Assembly (NCBI GenBank): GCA_014905635.1
Contig: JABVCE010000019.1
Location: 124,001 to 188,000, forward strand
Reading direction: 5' to 3'
DNA from: Scenedesmus sp. PABB004
Taxonomy: Eukaryota
DNA: 64,000 bases
How positions within the stretch are numbered: position 1 is the stretch's first letter; every line of letters begins with the position of its first letter. Made by a program: the position numbers and the translations under genes. Positions 31,680 through 42,771 of the stretch are shown here, piece after piece. The notes under the pieces are model-generated. The model was not told where the DNA came from, ran no database searches, and was given only the letters and a program-made list of their open reading frames with translations.

Positions 31680-32763
31680 GCGCGCGCGCGCGCGTACGTT
31701 GGCAGCGCGTGGGGGCGCTGCCCTGCCGCGTCGCCGCTGCTGCGCCGGCGCTCGCGTGCGCGCGCGGTTGTCGCGGAGCTGCTGCAACTCCCCTCGGCGC
31801 TGGCTGCCGCCCGCCCAGCTGCGGCGCGCTGCGGGGCATGCGTTGGTTACTCGGTCCGGCCGGTGGAGTTGCACCGGCCAGCAGTGCCGCCGAGTGCCGC
31901 GCGCCCGCCAGCACCAGCCGCGCGCACGGCTGGCAGGCAACGCACCGCCAGAACCCGCGCTAGCGCGGGTTCTGGCGCGCGCGTGTGGGAGCGCTGCCAC
32001 ACGCGCGCGCGCCGCGGCGGCGCTCCCGCCCCGGCCACGCGCCCGCGCGTGCAGCCGCCCACTAGCCACGCACAAGTGTGCTGCAATGCCAAGAGCCAGC
32101 CGGGGCGCGGAGCAGCCCTCTTCCCCCAGCCGCGCAGAGCTCGCGCGGGGTCTTGCGTTGAGCCGCAGCACGCTGAGCGCGGCGCGACCTGATAGCCTAG
32201 TAGAGCACCCCCTCGCAAAAGCAGACGTCGCACAGAAACTTGTCGCCAGGCTCTATGCCGAGCGTGCGCTTGACCAGGCAGGGAAGGCGCGCGCACGGAG
32301 CAGGGGCTTGGGAAGGCTGAGGCTGAGAAGCCCGCGCGAGCACACATGTCCGTCAGTCATGCAGAGCTCGGGCGAGGCTGAGCCGCAGCGCGCGCGTGCG
32401 ACACACAGCTTGGCAGACGCGTGCGGCGTGCGAAAAGCTTGCCCCCCATCCAGCTGCACGCAAGTCGTGCAAGCGCGCACAGCCTTTCGCTCCCCTGGTG
32501 GCCAGCGGGGGCCACCGCGCGTCAGTCATGCAGAGCTCGCGCCGGCTCTCGTGCCGCGTCGCAGCGCGCACCTGCAGGTGCGCGTCAATGAAGCTGACCG
32601 CACGCTGGCTTGCGCGCCTTGGCTTGTGCGCCAACTATCGTGCACACTTTGGTGACTAGTCAAGCAGGGCGCGCACGGGGCGGCCCGGCAGCTGGGGCTT
32701 GGGAGGCAGTGCACGTCTAACGCAATAACAATGGCAGACACAGCAGCCCGCGCACCACACACA

Positions 32764-35700
32764 TCAATCAACAAGCAGGGGTGTCGCGCTGAAGTTGAGA
32801 CCAGCAGCACTGGTGCTGCCGAGCTCGCCGTCAAACGCGCTGCCCCAGCACTGCGCCCGACCGTCCACCAGCACAGCACAAGTGTGGTAGTTGCCTGCAG
32901 TTATGGTGCGCACGGCGCTGCCCAGCCCCGTCACCGGTCCCGGCAGGGCGTAGGCGGTGGCGCCGCCGTTGCCGAGCTGGCCACCTCTGTTCGCGCCCCA
33001 GCAATGAATGGTGCCGTCATCTAGCAGTGCGCACGTGTGGTAAGCGCCAGCAGCCAGCGCCGTGGCAGGCCGCGGCAGGGGCACAGATGTCGGGGCCGTG
33101 CCGTCGACAAGCGCTGGCTGTCCCGGGCCTTCCGGGTCCACGCCGAGCCGGGCCAGCCCGTTCCACCCCCAGCACCGGGCGCCACCGCTGACCAGCGCGC
33201 ACACGTGTGACTCTCCCACAGCAATGCTCGTGATGCCGGTGAGGCTCGACGTGCGCGTGGGAGGCAGGTTTGTGTGAATGAAGAGAGCGGGGCTTTGGGG
33301 GTTGGTGCCGACGTACGACACGGTGCCCCAGCAGCGGTCCGTGCCGTCGCTCAGCACCGCGCACGTGAAGAGAAACTGGGCGTCCACGGCCACCGCGCCG
33401 CTCACGCCGGGGACGAGGCGCGGCGTGGCGCTCTGCCGCACCGTGCCGGGGTCGACGCCCAGCTGCCCGTTGCCGTTGTCGCCGGCGCACGACACCTCCT
33501 GGCTCGCGTCCAGCATGCAGGTGTGCATTCCGCCCGCGGCGATGCTCTGGATTGGGCTGCCCAGCTGCACCACGGACCGGCCGTTGGCGCCCAGCACGCC
33601 GCCCAGTTGGCCATAATGACTGTAGCCCCAACACTGTGCGCTCCCGTTGCGCAGCAGCGCGCATGCGTGGTTGTCGGCGGCGGCCAGCGCGACCGCGCCG
33701 GTGAGCCCTGGCACATCCAGCGGCGCCGCACTACTGGCCTTGGCGGTGCTGCTGACGCCCAGCTGGCCGTAATCATTGAGCCCACTGCACCGCGCAGTGC
33801 CGCCGCCCAGGAGCCAGCAGCTGAAAGCATAGCCCGCGGCTGCGGCCACAACCGCTGCCGCCGGCGCCGTGCAGCATTGGCGTTGCGCTTCTGCGACGGT
33901 TTTGTTGCCAACGTCTGTGTTGTTGCCGGCGTTGGCCTTGTCGGTGCCATCACCTGCAAGGGAAGGAAGAGAAGGGGTTGCATGAGGGGGGGGGGGGGGC
34001 GAGGGGTGCTGCACTGCGGTGGCGCGGAGTGCGGCAGCGCTCACATGCGACCCAGTCGCCCGCAACACGGTCGCCGTTGGCGTCTGTGCAGGTCGCGCCT
34101 GGTGGGTACGCCTGCGAGCAGCGGCAGCGGCGGCGAAACGTTGGGTAGGCGCAGCGCCCCGCCGAAAGGCGCAGCCAGCCATGTTCTTGCTTGCGCGCTC
34201 ACACAGCAGACTCCGGGCGTGGGCGGTGTGTCTGGCAGCGGCGCTGGTGACGCAAGTTGGGTCCCAGTTGGGCAGGTGAAGCCAGCGTTGATGGTGCACG
34301 TGCGCTGCGAGCGACGGCGCGAAGGAGCAGGGCGGTGTTAGGGGAAGCCAGCTTGCTTGATGCGCACAGCCGGCGCTGACCACGCGCCACTTACGCAGCA
34401 TGTGCCGGCGTCAGAGCCCAGCGTGCCGCCGGGCATGGCCACGCCAACGTTGCACGCAAAGTCCCCACATGTGTCCGCGCCAGATGTGAAGACTGGGGGG
34501 CTGGCTGCCACGCCAAGAGTCCCGTTGCCCAGTTGCCCCTGCACCCCACCACCCCAGCACTGCGATCGCCCATCGACCAGCACGGCACAGGTGTGTGTGC
34601 TGCCTGCCGCAAGGGCAGACACAGCGCTTGCAAGCGGCACCAGCAGAGGCGCACGCGAGTCGGCACCGGCACCGCCGCCCAGCTGCCCAGCTTGGGCAGC
34701 ACCCCAGCAGTGTGTGGTGCCATCGCTGCTCAGCAGCGCACACGTGTGCTCGCTGCCAGCCACGACGGCGCTGACCGGGCCAGGCAGGTCCACGGGCAGC
34801 CAGGAGTTCTGGTTGATGTAATTGAGGGTGAAGCCCGCACCCAGCTGCGCGCGGCCGTTGGAGCCAAAGCAGCGCACCGTTGAGGCGGCCGGCAGCGACC
34901 AGCACACGTGAGCGCTGCCAATTGCAATGCTCGCGGCGCCGCTCATGCTTGCCACAGGTGCAGGGGCGGCGTTGACAAAGAACTGCCCAACGCTTGAGGG
35001 GAGGTCGGCGGCGATCAACGTGCCCCAGCACCACACCGTGCTTGAGCTGCCCGCGCACGTGAACGCGCCTCGCGCGGCAATGCGGTCGATGCCGGGGCCC
35101 ACACCCGCAACCTTGACAGGCTGCGTGCTGTTGAGTAGTGTGCTGCGCAGGATGCCAAGCTGTGCACGGTCGTTGAGGCCCCAACACCACGCCTCGCCGC
35201 CCGCAATCGCACACGTGTGTGCGCTGCCAGCAGCGACCGCATGGATTGGACTGCCCAGTCGCACGACCGCGCGGTGGCTGGTGCCCGGAGCGCCGCCCAG
35301 CTGGCCAGCGTCGTTCCGGCCCCAACACTCGGCGGTGCCATTGCGCAGCACGGCACAGGTGTGGTACTCGCCCGCAGCGAGTGCGACCACGCCCGTGAGC
35401 CCAGGCCCCCGCACGGGGGTCGCACTGCTGGGAGTGGTGGTGCTGCTGATGCTCAGCTGGCCGTAGGTGTTGTCCCCGCTGCACCGCGTCGTGCCGTGCA
35501 GCCAACAGGTGTGAAGCGTTCCAGCCGCCACGGGGACCGCCACAGGCACCGTGCAGCACGTTTGTTGCGCCTGCGCCAACGTTTTGCCGGCGATGGGCGT
35601 GGCAGTGCCGACATTGCCCTTGCCGGTGCCGTCGCCTACGCCGTGCAGTAGCAGGAGCAGCAGCAGCAGCGGTGCGTGAGAAGGCATGGGCTTGGCGGCG

Positions 35701-37505
35701 GTGCGTCAGAGGGCCCCGCGGGGCAAGCCCTGACACCCGTCACGAGCAGCACACAGCGCGGGCCGGGGCGCTCACGACGCGGGTGCTGCCAGAACTGCTG
35801 CCGTCAGCAGTTATGCACGTGGCGCCAACAGGGAAGGCCTGCGGCAGGGTGCAGCAGGGCCGGAGTCAACTGCAGCCGCCGCGCAGCGCACAGCGCACCG
35901 CTCACCGCTGGCGGCCTCGCAGGCGGAGCCGCTGACACTCCAGGTGCCGTCGCTGCCGCAGGTGGCCGTGCGCGTGCCAAACCCAGAGTCGCACACGCCC
36001 GCGCACACGTCGCCCGTCAGCGCGCCGGCGCAGCGAATCGGCCAGTTGACGCCGAGCGTGGCCGGCTCAGAGTCGCAGCGCGCGACCGTCACGACTGCGG
36101 GGCGGAGCGGCACAGCAGGGTCAGGCCGCCGGTCGCGACGCGGGACCATTCAAGGCTCCGGCGGGCACCTTGGACGAAGCCCGTGCCGGCCGCGGGCGCG
36201 CTGAACACGCCGGTCCCGCCCGCCGCGTCGATCGCGCCGTTGATGGCCTGCACCAGCCGCGCCACGGCGTCGGCGGACGCGTCGGCGTACGCGGCGTTCA
36301 GACGGGCCACGACGTCGCTCACGCTGAGCACCGCGCCCGTGTCGGCGACGCCCAGCGCCGCCGCGAGCGCCCGGGCGGCGTCCAGCGCCTGGCTGGCGTT
36401 GAGGTCGGGCCGCGTGGTGATGGCAAAGGTGTAGCTGGACCCGCCGAGCAGGCGCCGCCGCCCGGCCGGCACGCAACCACTCGGCGCGCTCTCGAGCAGC
36501 GCGGCTCGCTCCGGCGGCAGCCCCGCGGCGAGCTGGGCCAGCAGGGCACGCGCCAGGGTGGCGGCTGCCGCCGCGGCCGCGCCGTCGCAGCTTGCAACCG
36601 GCACGCCCAGGCTGGCGAGGGGGCGCTGCAGCACCGGGACCTGGCAGCACACGGGCATGGTCGCCTCTGCCACGCTGTCGAGCTGTGGCGGGGGGCTGCG
36701 CCGCGGCGAGCCACCGCAGTCGACCGCGGCGCACGCGTCCTGCGGGCGTCGCAGCCAGAGGCGCGGTGAGCGGCGCGCGCTCACGCTGTTGCCCGCAGTG
36801 CAGCGGGCCGCGCCGGCGACCTACGCAGCAGGTGGCAAAGGAGGGCGTGACGCCCAGCAGCAGGTCTGGGAGTGGAGAGCGCAGCGGGGCGGGAGCGCAC
36901 GCGAAGCCGCGGCACGTCGGGGCGGGGCAGGCGCGAGGCCCGCCGCTCAGCAGCGTGATGTCTGCGGAGGGCGGCAGGCGGAAGGCAGTGGGCGCCGAGT
37001 CAGCGCGTCAGCACGTGCGGTGGACTCGCCAGCCAGCGGCGAGCTGCGCTCCTTACCGACGCTCGTGACGGTGGCGCTGAAGGGGGATGCCGCAGCGCTG
37101 AAGCCGGTGTTGACCAGCAGCGCGCACGCGGCCCGCTCGTCTGCTGCAGCTGAGCCGCCCCTGGCTGGCGGCCGTCCAAGCAGCTGCAAGCTAAAGCGTG
37201 CCGCCGCGCCGTCCTGCGGGCGCAGGCCGGTCAGCCAGGTTGGCCCCGATTGTCCCCCCCCCCAAACACACACAGCCGTGCCTGCCCCAAGCTCACCGCA
37301 TTGCAAGCTGCTCTCTTGACCTCGATGCCTGCGCCCAGGGCCGACTGCGCCCTCTGCACAAACGTGTCGTGCAGGCGCTGGTTGCAGCGCCCGGTCGCGC
37401 GCACGGTGAGGTCGGCCACGAGCGGCGGGCCTGCCGCCTGCGCGCCCGCGCCGCGCGCCAGCGCCAGCAGCAGCGCCCCAGGAGCGCCGCCAGCAGGGGT
37501 CTCAT
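32764..37505 (-). CDS. Secreted protein with a Sushi/Cys-rich module and two RCC1/BLIP-II-like beta-propeller blocks; apparent 1-bp frameshift in exon 1
   Basis: Repeated aGxxHTCAll..G...CWGxNxxGQLG in two ~1.2-kb exons (34392-35642, 32764-33953). A signal-peptide-like start at 37505 needs one extra base in the C4 run at 37476-37479. Confidence 0.8.
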
Positions 37506-39289
37506 GGCGACTGGCCGGCTTGGAGGCGGGCTGGGAGGAGGAGAGGCGGCGACCCTGCGAGCGGCGGCGGCGGCACCGCGGTGAGCTCGTCGGCCGCGGT
37601 CCCTTTCACCGTCCTGCGCCACTCAAGTGCGCTGCCGCGGCTCGCTGGCGGTCCCAGACGCGCCAGGACGGCTTTTGACCGGCTGTGCTGGCGGGTGAGT
37701 GCGAGCCCAGGTGGGGTCGCCGCCCGCCCTGCGCGCACACGCGCTGCCACGCCCGCAGCGGCCCGGATCCAGCGTTTGCATGCCCGCAGAGGCCTCCCAG
37801 CGCCCCCGCACCTGCTGGGGCGGCGTGGCCGAGCGAGCAAGGGGGCGGGCTGGAGGCGTGCAGGCTCCTGGCGGGCTGGGGGAGCCGGCCCCAATCGCTG
37901 GCTTGGCCGGAGAGGGTGTGGGCGGGCGGGCGGCGCGGGGGAAAGCCTGGGCGCGCGCCAGGGGGCATCTGTGCATTTTTCGGTCAAAAAGCCCCCACAA
38001 ATCAGGCGCGCGCCCGGCCGCCCTGGCGAGGCGCGGGACGTGAGCCTGGCAACCATCCGCTCCCTCTCGGCCGCCCAGGACGGTTTTTTGTTGCTTGGAC
38101 GTGCGGGTGCCATTGGTGCCGCCGCCGCTGCCGGGCAGCTGCCGCGCGGCGCAGCCCTCGCTGGTCGCCAAGCGCGCGCGGCCTGGCCAGAGCGTCAGGG
38201 GCGGCAAAGGCAGCCCGGAGCAGGCGCGGGCGAGCTCTGGATGCTCGCCGCCGGGCGGTGCTGGCGGCCGCTGCCGGGCAGCTGCTGGCGCGCCTTGCGG
38301 GCGGTCCTCGCGCCGGCGCGCGGGGCCTGCTGCGCGTCAGACACCACACACAGATGTCTCACCCCGGGCAGAAGGAGGCCTCTCGTGCTCAGGCGCGCCG
38401 CCGGTGCATCCACCTGGTCGCGGCCGCCGCGCGGTGTGGCTGCCGCCGGCGGCGCGGACGAGCGCCACGGGGCGCGGCTCAGCCGCTGCTGCCGGCGCCT
38501 GCAGCTCGTGCTGGCCAGCGTCCAGGTCGCGGCGCCGCCGGGCGACTTTGCGCGGCCAGCGCCGGCGGCGGCGCGGGCAATTGCAGTGGCAAGCGCCACT
38601 GAGCGCGCGCGTGTGTCCGCAGCGTGCGGGCGCCCTCTGCCACTGCCGCGCCGCCGCTCGCGCGCGCGCCGCGCCGCTGTGCTGGAACTCCCGGTGCCGG
38701 CGGCCCGCCCGAGTCGCGCCGGCTGGCCACGCCGCACGCCCGGCCCGGGGCTCGCCGCCGCCAGGCCCTGGCGCCGCGTCGCCGCCCAGCCGCGCCACCG
38801 CTGGCAGCCCCACCATCGCCACCGCAGCCACACAGACACCAGGAGGTCCGCGCAAGCTGACCGCCCTCCACCCCGGGCCGCGCCGGCGGCGGCGGCAGCA
38901 GCGGAGCGCCCGCGCCGCGGCGTTGTTCGGGGCCCAGGCCGTGCCAGCAGCTCGGTATCGGGCCCTGCCGCTCTGGAGCAGCGTCCACGGCCGGGCCGCG
39001 CGGCCTGACGCGGGCGCAGCCGGCGGTGGGGGCATCGCCCGCATCGCAGGCCCGCCCCCGCGCCAGGCGGCCCGGGCGCGGGGCCTGACGGCCCGGCCGT
39101 GAGGCCGGGACGGTGCAGGTGCGCTGGAACGCGGGCGGCGGCCGCCGGGCAGCGCGCTGCGGCGGCGGGCGCAGCAGCAGCAGCGGGCGAGCGCCGCTGC
39201 TGCCGCCGCGCGCAGCAGCGACGGTCTCCGGCCAGCCAGACCGGCGCTCCCACGCCAGGCCCGCTGCCTTGCCGGCGCAGGGGCGCGCC

Positions 39290-41834
39290 ATGACGGCCGC
39301 CGGCGCGGGCGCAGCGGCGCCGCCCGCGGCGCCGGCCGGCCGCGGCATCGCGGCGGCGGGAGCGATGTACGGCCTCGCCGGCCTGCTCTGCCTGCTGTAC
39401 GCGTCGGACGCGATACTCATCTCCTTCTACTCCCGCGCCTACGCCGACAACCCGCCCGGCAGCAAGCTGGTGCTGCTCGGCGAGGTCGCCAAGCTGGCCA
39501 TCTCCCTCGCGCTCATCTACGCCGCGCCGAGCCCCGGCGGCGGTGGCGCCCCCGGCGCCGGCGCCGGCGGCGCGGCGAGTGGCAAGCCGGCGTACAAGCA
39601 GCTTGACGCCGGCGGCGCCGGCGAGGCGCCCGCGGGCGGCGGCGCGTCCGCGCGGCCGCCGCCCGGCCGGCGCGGCGGCGCAGGCGCTGGCGGCGCGCTC
39701 GCCGGCGCGCTCGCCGCGCGCGCGTGGGCGGCCGCGCCGCGCTGGGCGCGCGCGGCCGCGCAGTTCAGCGTGCCCGCGCTCTGCTACGCGGCGTCGAACA
39801 ACCTCAGCATCCACGCGCTCTCACTGCTGCCAGCCTACACCTACACGCTGCTCTGCAACCTCAAAATCATCACCACCGGCCTCCTCGCGCGCGCGCTGCT
39901 CGGCCACGCGCTCAGTGGCGACAGCCAGTGGAGCCTCGGCATGCTCTTCTTCGGCATCTGCCTCGGCCAGTGGGCGAGCATGCGCGGCGGCGGCGGCGCC
40001 GCCGCGGGCTCTGCCGCGAGCGCGGCGGGCACCGCCGGCACCACCGGCGGCCTCGCGGCGGCCGCGCTCGCCGCCGCGCCGGGCGTGGGCGTGATGGTCG
40101 TCGTCGCGACGCTGAGCGCGACCGCGAGCGTCTACACCGAGTGGCTGAACAACCACTCGTCCTTTGCGCACGAGTCCATCAACGTGCAGAACGCGCGGCT
40201 CTACGCCATCGGCTGCGTGCTCAACGGCACGACGTACCTCCGCGCCGCGGCCGCGCGCGGCGCCGCGCGCGGCGCCGCCGGCGGCGGCCTGCGCGGCGCG
40301 CTGTCGCTGTCCGACCTGCGCCCCGTGCACTGGGCGGTCGTGGGCGTGTTTGCGAGCATGGGCCTCGCGACCGCGGCGCTCATAAAGTTCCACGGCAACA
40401 TAATCAAGGTCTACGCCTCGGCCCTCGCGATGCTCTTCGCCGCGTGGGCGAGCCAGCTCCTGCTCGCCGACCCGCCGCCGCTGCTGTTCTACAGGTGCGG
40501 GCGTGGGTGGGTGGGCGGGTGGGTGGGTGCGTCGGTGGGTGGGCGGGTGTGGTGGAAGGTGGGTGGTGGGTCAAGGGCAGGGCGACGAGGCGCAGCCACC
40601 GAGAGCGGCAGCGACTTGACCCGCCGCACCTCGGCCCCGCCGCAGCGGCGCCGCGCTGGCGGGCATCGCGACGGTGCAGCTCCACCATGCGCGCGCCGCG
40701 GCGCCCGCGCCCGGCGGCGGCGGCGGCAAGCCCGGCGGCGCCAAGGCCGGCGCCGGCGCTGGCGCCGGCGGCGGCGGCGGCAGCGCGGCGCTTCACCGGG
40801 CGTCGTACGCGATACTGGCGGTCTCGGCGCTGCTGGTGCTTGCGGGCGGCGGCGGCGGCCCCGGGGGCCCTGGCGGCGGCGGCCCCGGGGGCCCTGGCGG
40901 CGCCGGCGCGAGCGTCAGCGGCAGCGGCGCTGGCGGCGCGCAGCTGCAGCCGCTGCGCAGCTACGCCCTGTCTGACTTCCCCACGCTGCCAGCGGACGCG
41001 GCGCCGCCGCCGCCGGGCGTCGCCGCGCTGCGCTGCGGCGACGGCGGCGGCGGCGGCGGCGGCGGGGCCTGCCCCGCGCTGCGCTGCGCGGACGGGCCGG
41101 GCTGCGCGCCGGGCAATTCGAGCTGCTGCGCGCACCTGAACTTCAAGGCTCTGGCCTTCCTGTCGGCCTTTTTTGACGCCCAGGGCCTGGCCAACGACTG
41201 GGTCGTCGCTCACGGCACGCTGCTCGGCGCGCTGCGCGACGGCGCGCTCCCGCCGGCCGCGCCGCGCGCCGACGTCGCCGTGACCGGCCGCGCGCTGGCC
41301 GCGCTCGAGGGCCCCGCGGCGCGGGCGGCGCTGCACCGCCACGGCTACGCCGCGCTGTGCGCGGGGGGCCGCTGGCGGCTGTGCCCGCACGCGCAGCACC
41401 CGGACGCCGACTTTCGCGCTGCGATGGCCCCCGGCGGCGGCGGCCAGGCGCCGCCGGAGAGCAGCCGCGGCTACGTCGCGATGCACCTCCTGTGGGCCGA
41501 CCGGCCGCCGACCGGCCTTCGCGGCCGCCTGCGCTGGCTGCTTCCAGGCGGCGGCGGCGGCGGCGGCGGCGGCGCGGCCGCCGCGAGCTGGCGCGTGTGC
41601 CCCGGCGCGGCGGCGCTGCGGCTGAGCTTCGCGCGCTCCGCGCGCGTCGCCGACCTGCGCGTGGCGGTGCCGGACGACGCGGAGGCGGTCCTGGCGCGCG
41701 AGTTCGGCCAGCGCTGGCGCGCCGCCGCAGGCGCGGCGGCGAGCAGCAGCAGCAGCAGCAGCCCCGAGCGCGCGGCGCCCGCGTGCGAGGCGGCGACGGC
41801 GGAGCTGCTCGCCAGCCTCGCGGCTGGGGCATGA
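39290..41834 (+). CDS. SLC35A-type nucleotide-sugar transporter fused to a LicD/fukutin-like nucleotidyltransferase-fold domain; 2 exons (39290-40494, 40646-41834)
   Basis: Transporter motifs GEVAKLAIS, FSVPALCYAASNNL, YTLLCNLKIITTG, SVYTEW, NVQNARLY, IKFHGNIIKVYA. An in-frame splice (TAC AG|C GGC) leads to an extra TM and HGTLLGALRDG...ADVAV, VAVPDDAEAVLAREFGQRW. Confidence 0.8.
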
Positions 41835-42771
41835 GGTGGCGGCAACCGCGGCGCCGCCGCAGCCGCCCCGGCCGGGTGAGCCGCCGGGCTTGCGGGGGCA
41901 TCGTTTTTTGTGGGTCTCGTCTGTGAGCGTGTCGGTTCGGCGGGCACTGCTTCTTTCACGAACGCTGACGCCGGCAGCTGCAGCCGCGCGGGTTGTGTGC
42001 CGCCGGCGGCGCCCCAGCTGGCGGCTGAGAGGGGACCGGGACCGGGCGGAGCGCGAGGCATTCAGGGGCCGTTACGCCTCCGGGCCTGGCTGCAGTTGCA
42101 CAGCCCGGATCAATGTTGGGGGCAGTGCAGAGGCACGAGCAGCAGCAGTCCAAGATCCTCCTAACTGCAACGGAGACGCCGTGCGTGGCGCGCGCCCCGC
42201 CCGGCCGCATGGCCGGGCGGGGCGGCGGGGCGGCGCGCGGGCGGCGGGCGCGCGCGCGCGCACGCGACGCGCCCGCCGCCCGGCCCCGCGGGTGACGCGT
42301 GGGGTGTGTGGCAGGCACGTGGGTATGCCGTGGGTGCTCGCGCCGCGGTTCTCCTTGCGGCGGCCGCCATGGCAACGGATCAGTTGCGCAACTGGCATCA
42401 TGATGTCGCGCGCGGGGCGCGGCGCGCGCGCGGGCGCCGCGCGGCGCCGCGCACGCGCCGGCCCCCCGGCGCAGGAGAGTGCAGGCATGCGTGCCGAGAG
42501 CGCCGTGCGCGTGGGCCCGCGCCGCCCCGACGACGGTCGTCGTCGTCGTTGCAAGAGATTGGGCGCTGCGGCGCGCGTTCGGGCGCGGATCGCCGCCGCG
42601 CCAGCCCCCGCGGCCAGCGCGCCGCCGCCGCCCAGACAAGCTCGCGGCCTGGGCAGCCCCCAGGGCCGCCGCAGCGCCGCCGCCGCAGTTGTGCCCCCCC
42701 CCCCCTCCCCTCCCCCTCCAACGCTTATGAACACACACGCCCGCGCAGCAACCATGGTTGTCGCCCGCGCG

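Noticed and set aside
32351..32540. Repeated GTCAGTCATGCAGAGCTCG in the intergenic region
   Set aside because: Only two short copies, with no terminal repeats or other structure to interpret.
37581..39280. 475-aa and 539-aa ORFs between the RCC1 and transporter genes
   Set aside because: Low-complexity GC-driven ORFs without recognisable motifs. A small gene cannot be excluded but is unsupported.
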